A stretch of 64,000 bases of DNA from the human T2T-CHM13v2.0 reference genome, Homo sapiens: NCBI RefSeq assembly GCF_009914755.1, contig NC_060936.1; one strand, 5' to 3'. This document shows positions 60,413 through 64,000 of the stretch, piece by piece. Below the pieces are notes generated by a model. That model was not told where the DNA came from and searched no databases. It was given only the letters and a program-made list of their open reading frames with translations. Within the stretch, counting starts at the first letter, position 1. Each line of letters starts with the position of its first letter. A program made the position numbers and the translations under genes.

Positions 60413-64000
<3,588 letters not shown>

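Overview
AT-rich, repeat-dense mammalian genomic DNA that is human, because it carries a human-specific L1HS-Ta element. I could not identify a host protein-coding exon, RNA gene or non-L1 CpG island. Nearly all long ORFs in the track are transposon-derived. The main feature is a full-length ~6.04-kb L1HS of the Ta-0 subset (46914-52952, minus strand) with a target-site duplication. It has an intact 5'UTR/YY1 site, intact ORF1 and intact antisense ORF0, but ORF2 is broken by a 2-bp deletion (701-aa endonuclease-positive, RT-negative product) and also carries C1134R in the zinc knuckle. The rest is a near full-length Tigger1, about 10 Alus, 7 solo LTRs (6 on minus), several older L1 pieces, hAT MITEs, MIR/L2/CR1 relics and a five-layer nested insertion at the right end. 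Less obvious structure includes several fold-back or templated-insertion scars inside old repeats, an inverted pair of young L1s, a candidate + strand promoter/exon pair and an unassigned CpG-retaining TGGAG-repeat segment. I found no convincing evidence of a wholly new biological system. Subfamily names come from recalled consensus diagnostics, not from a search.
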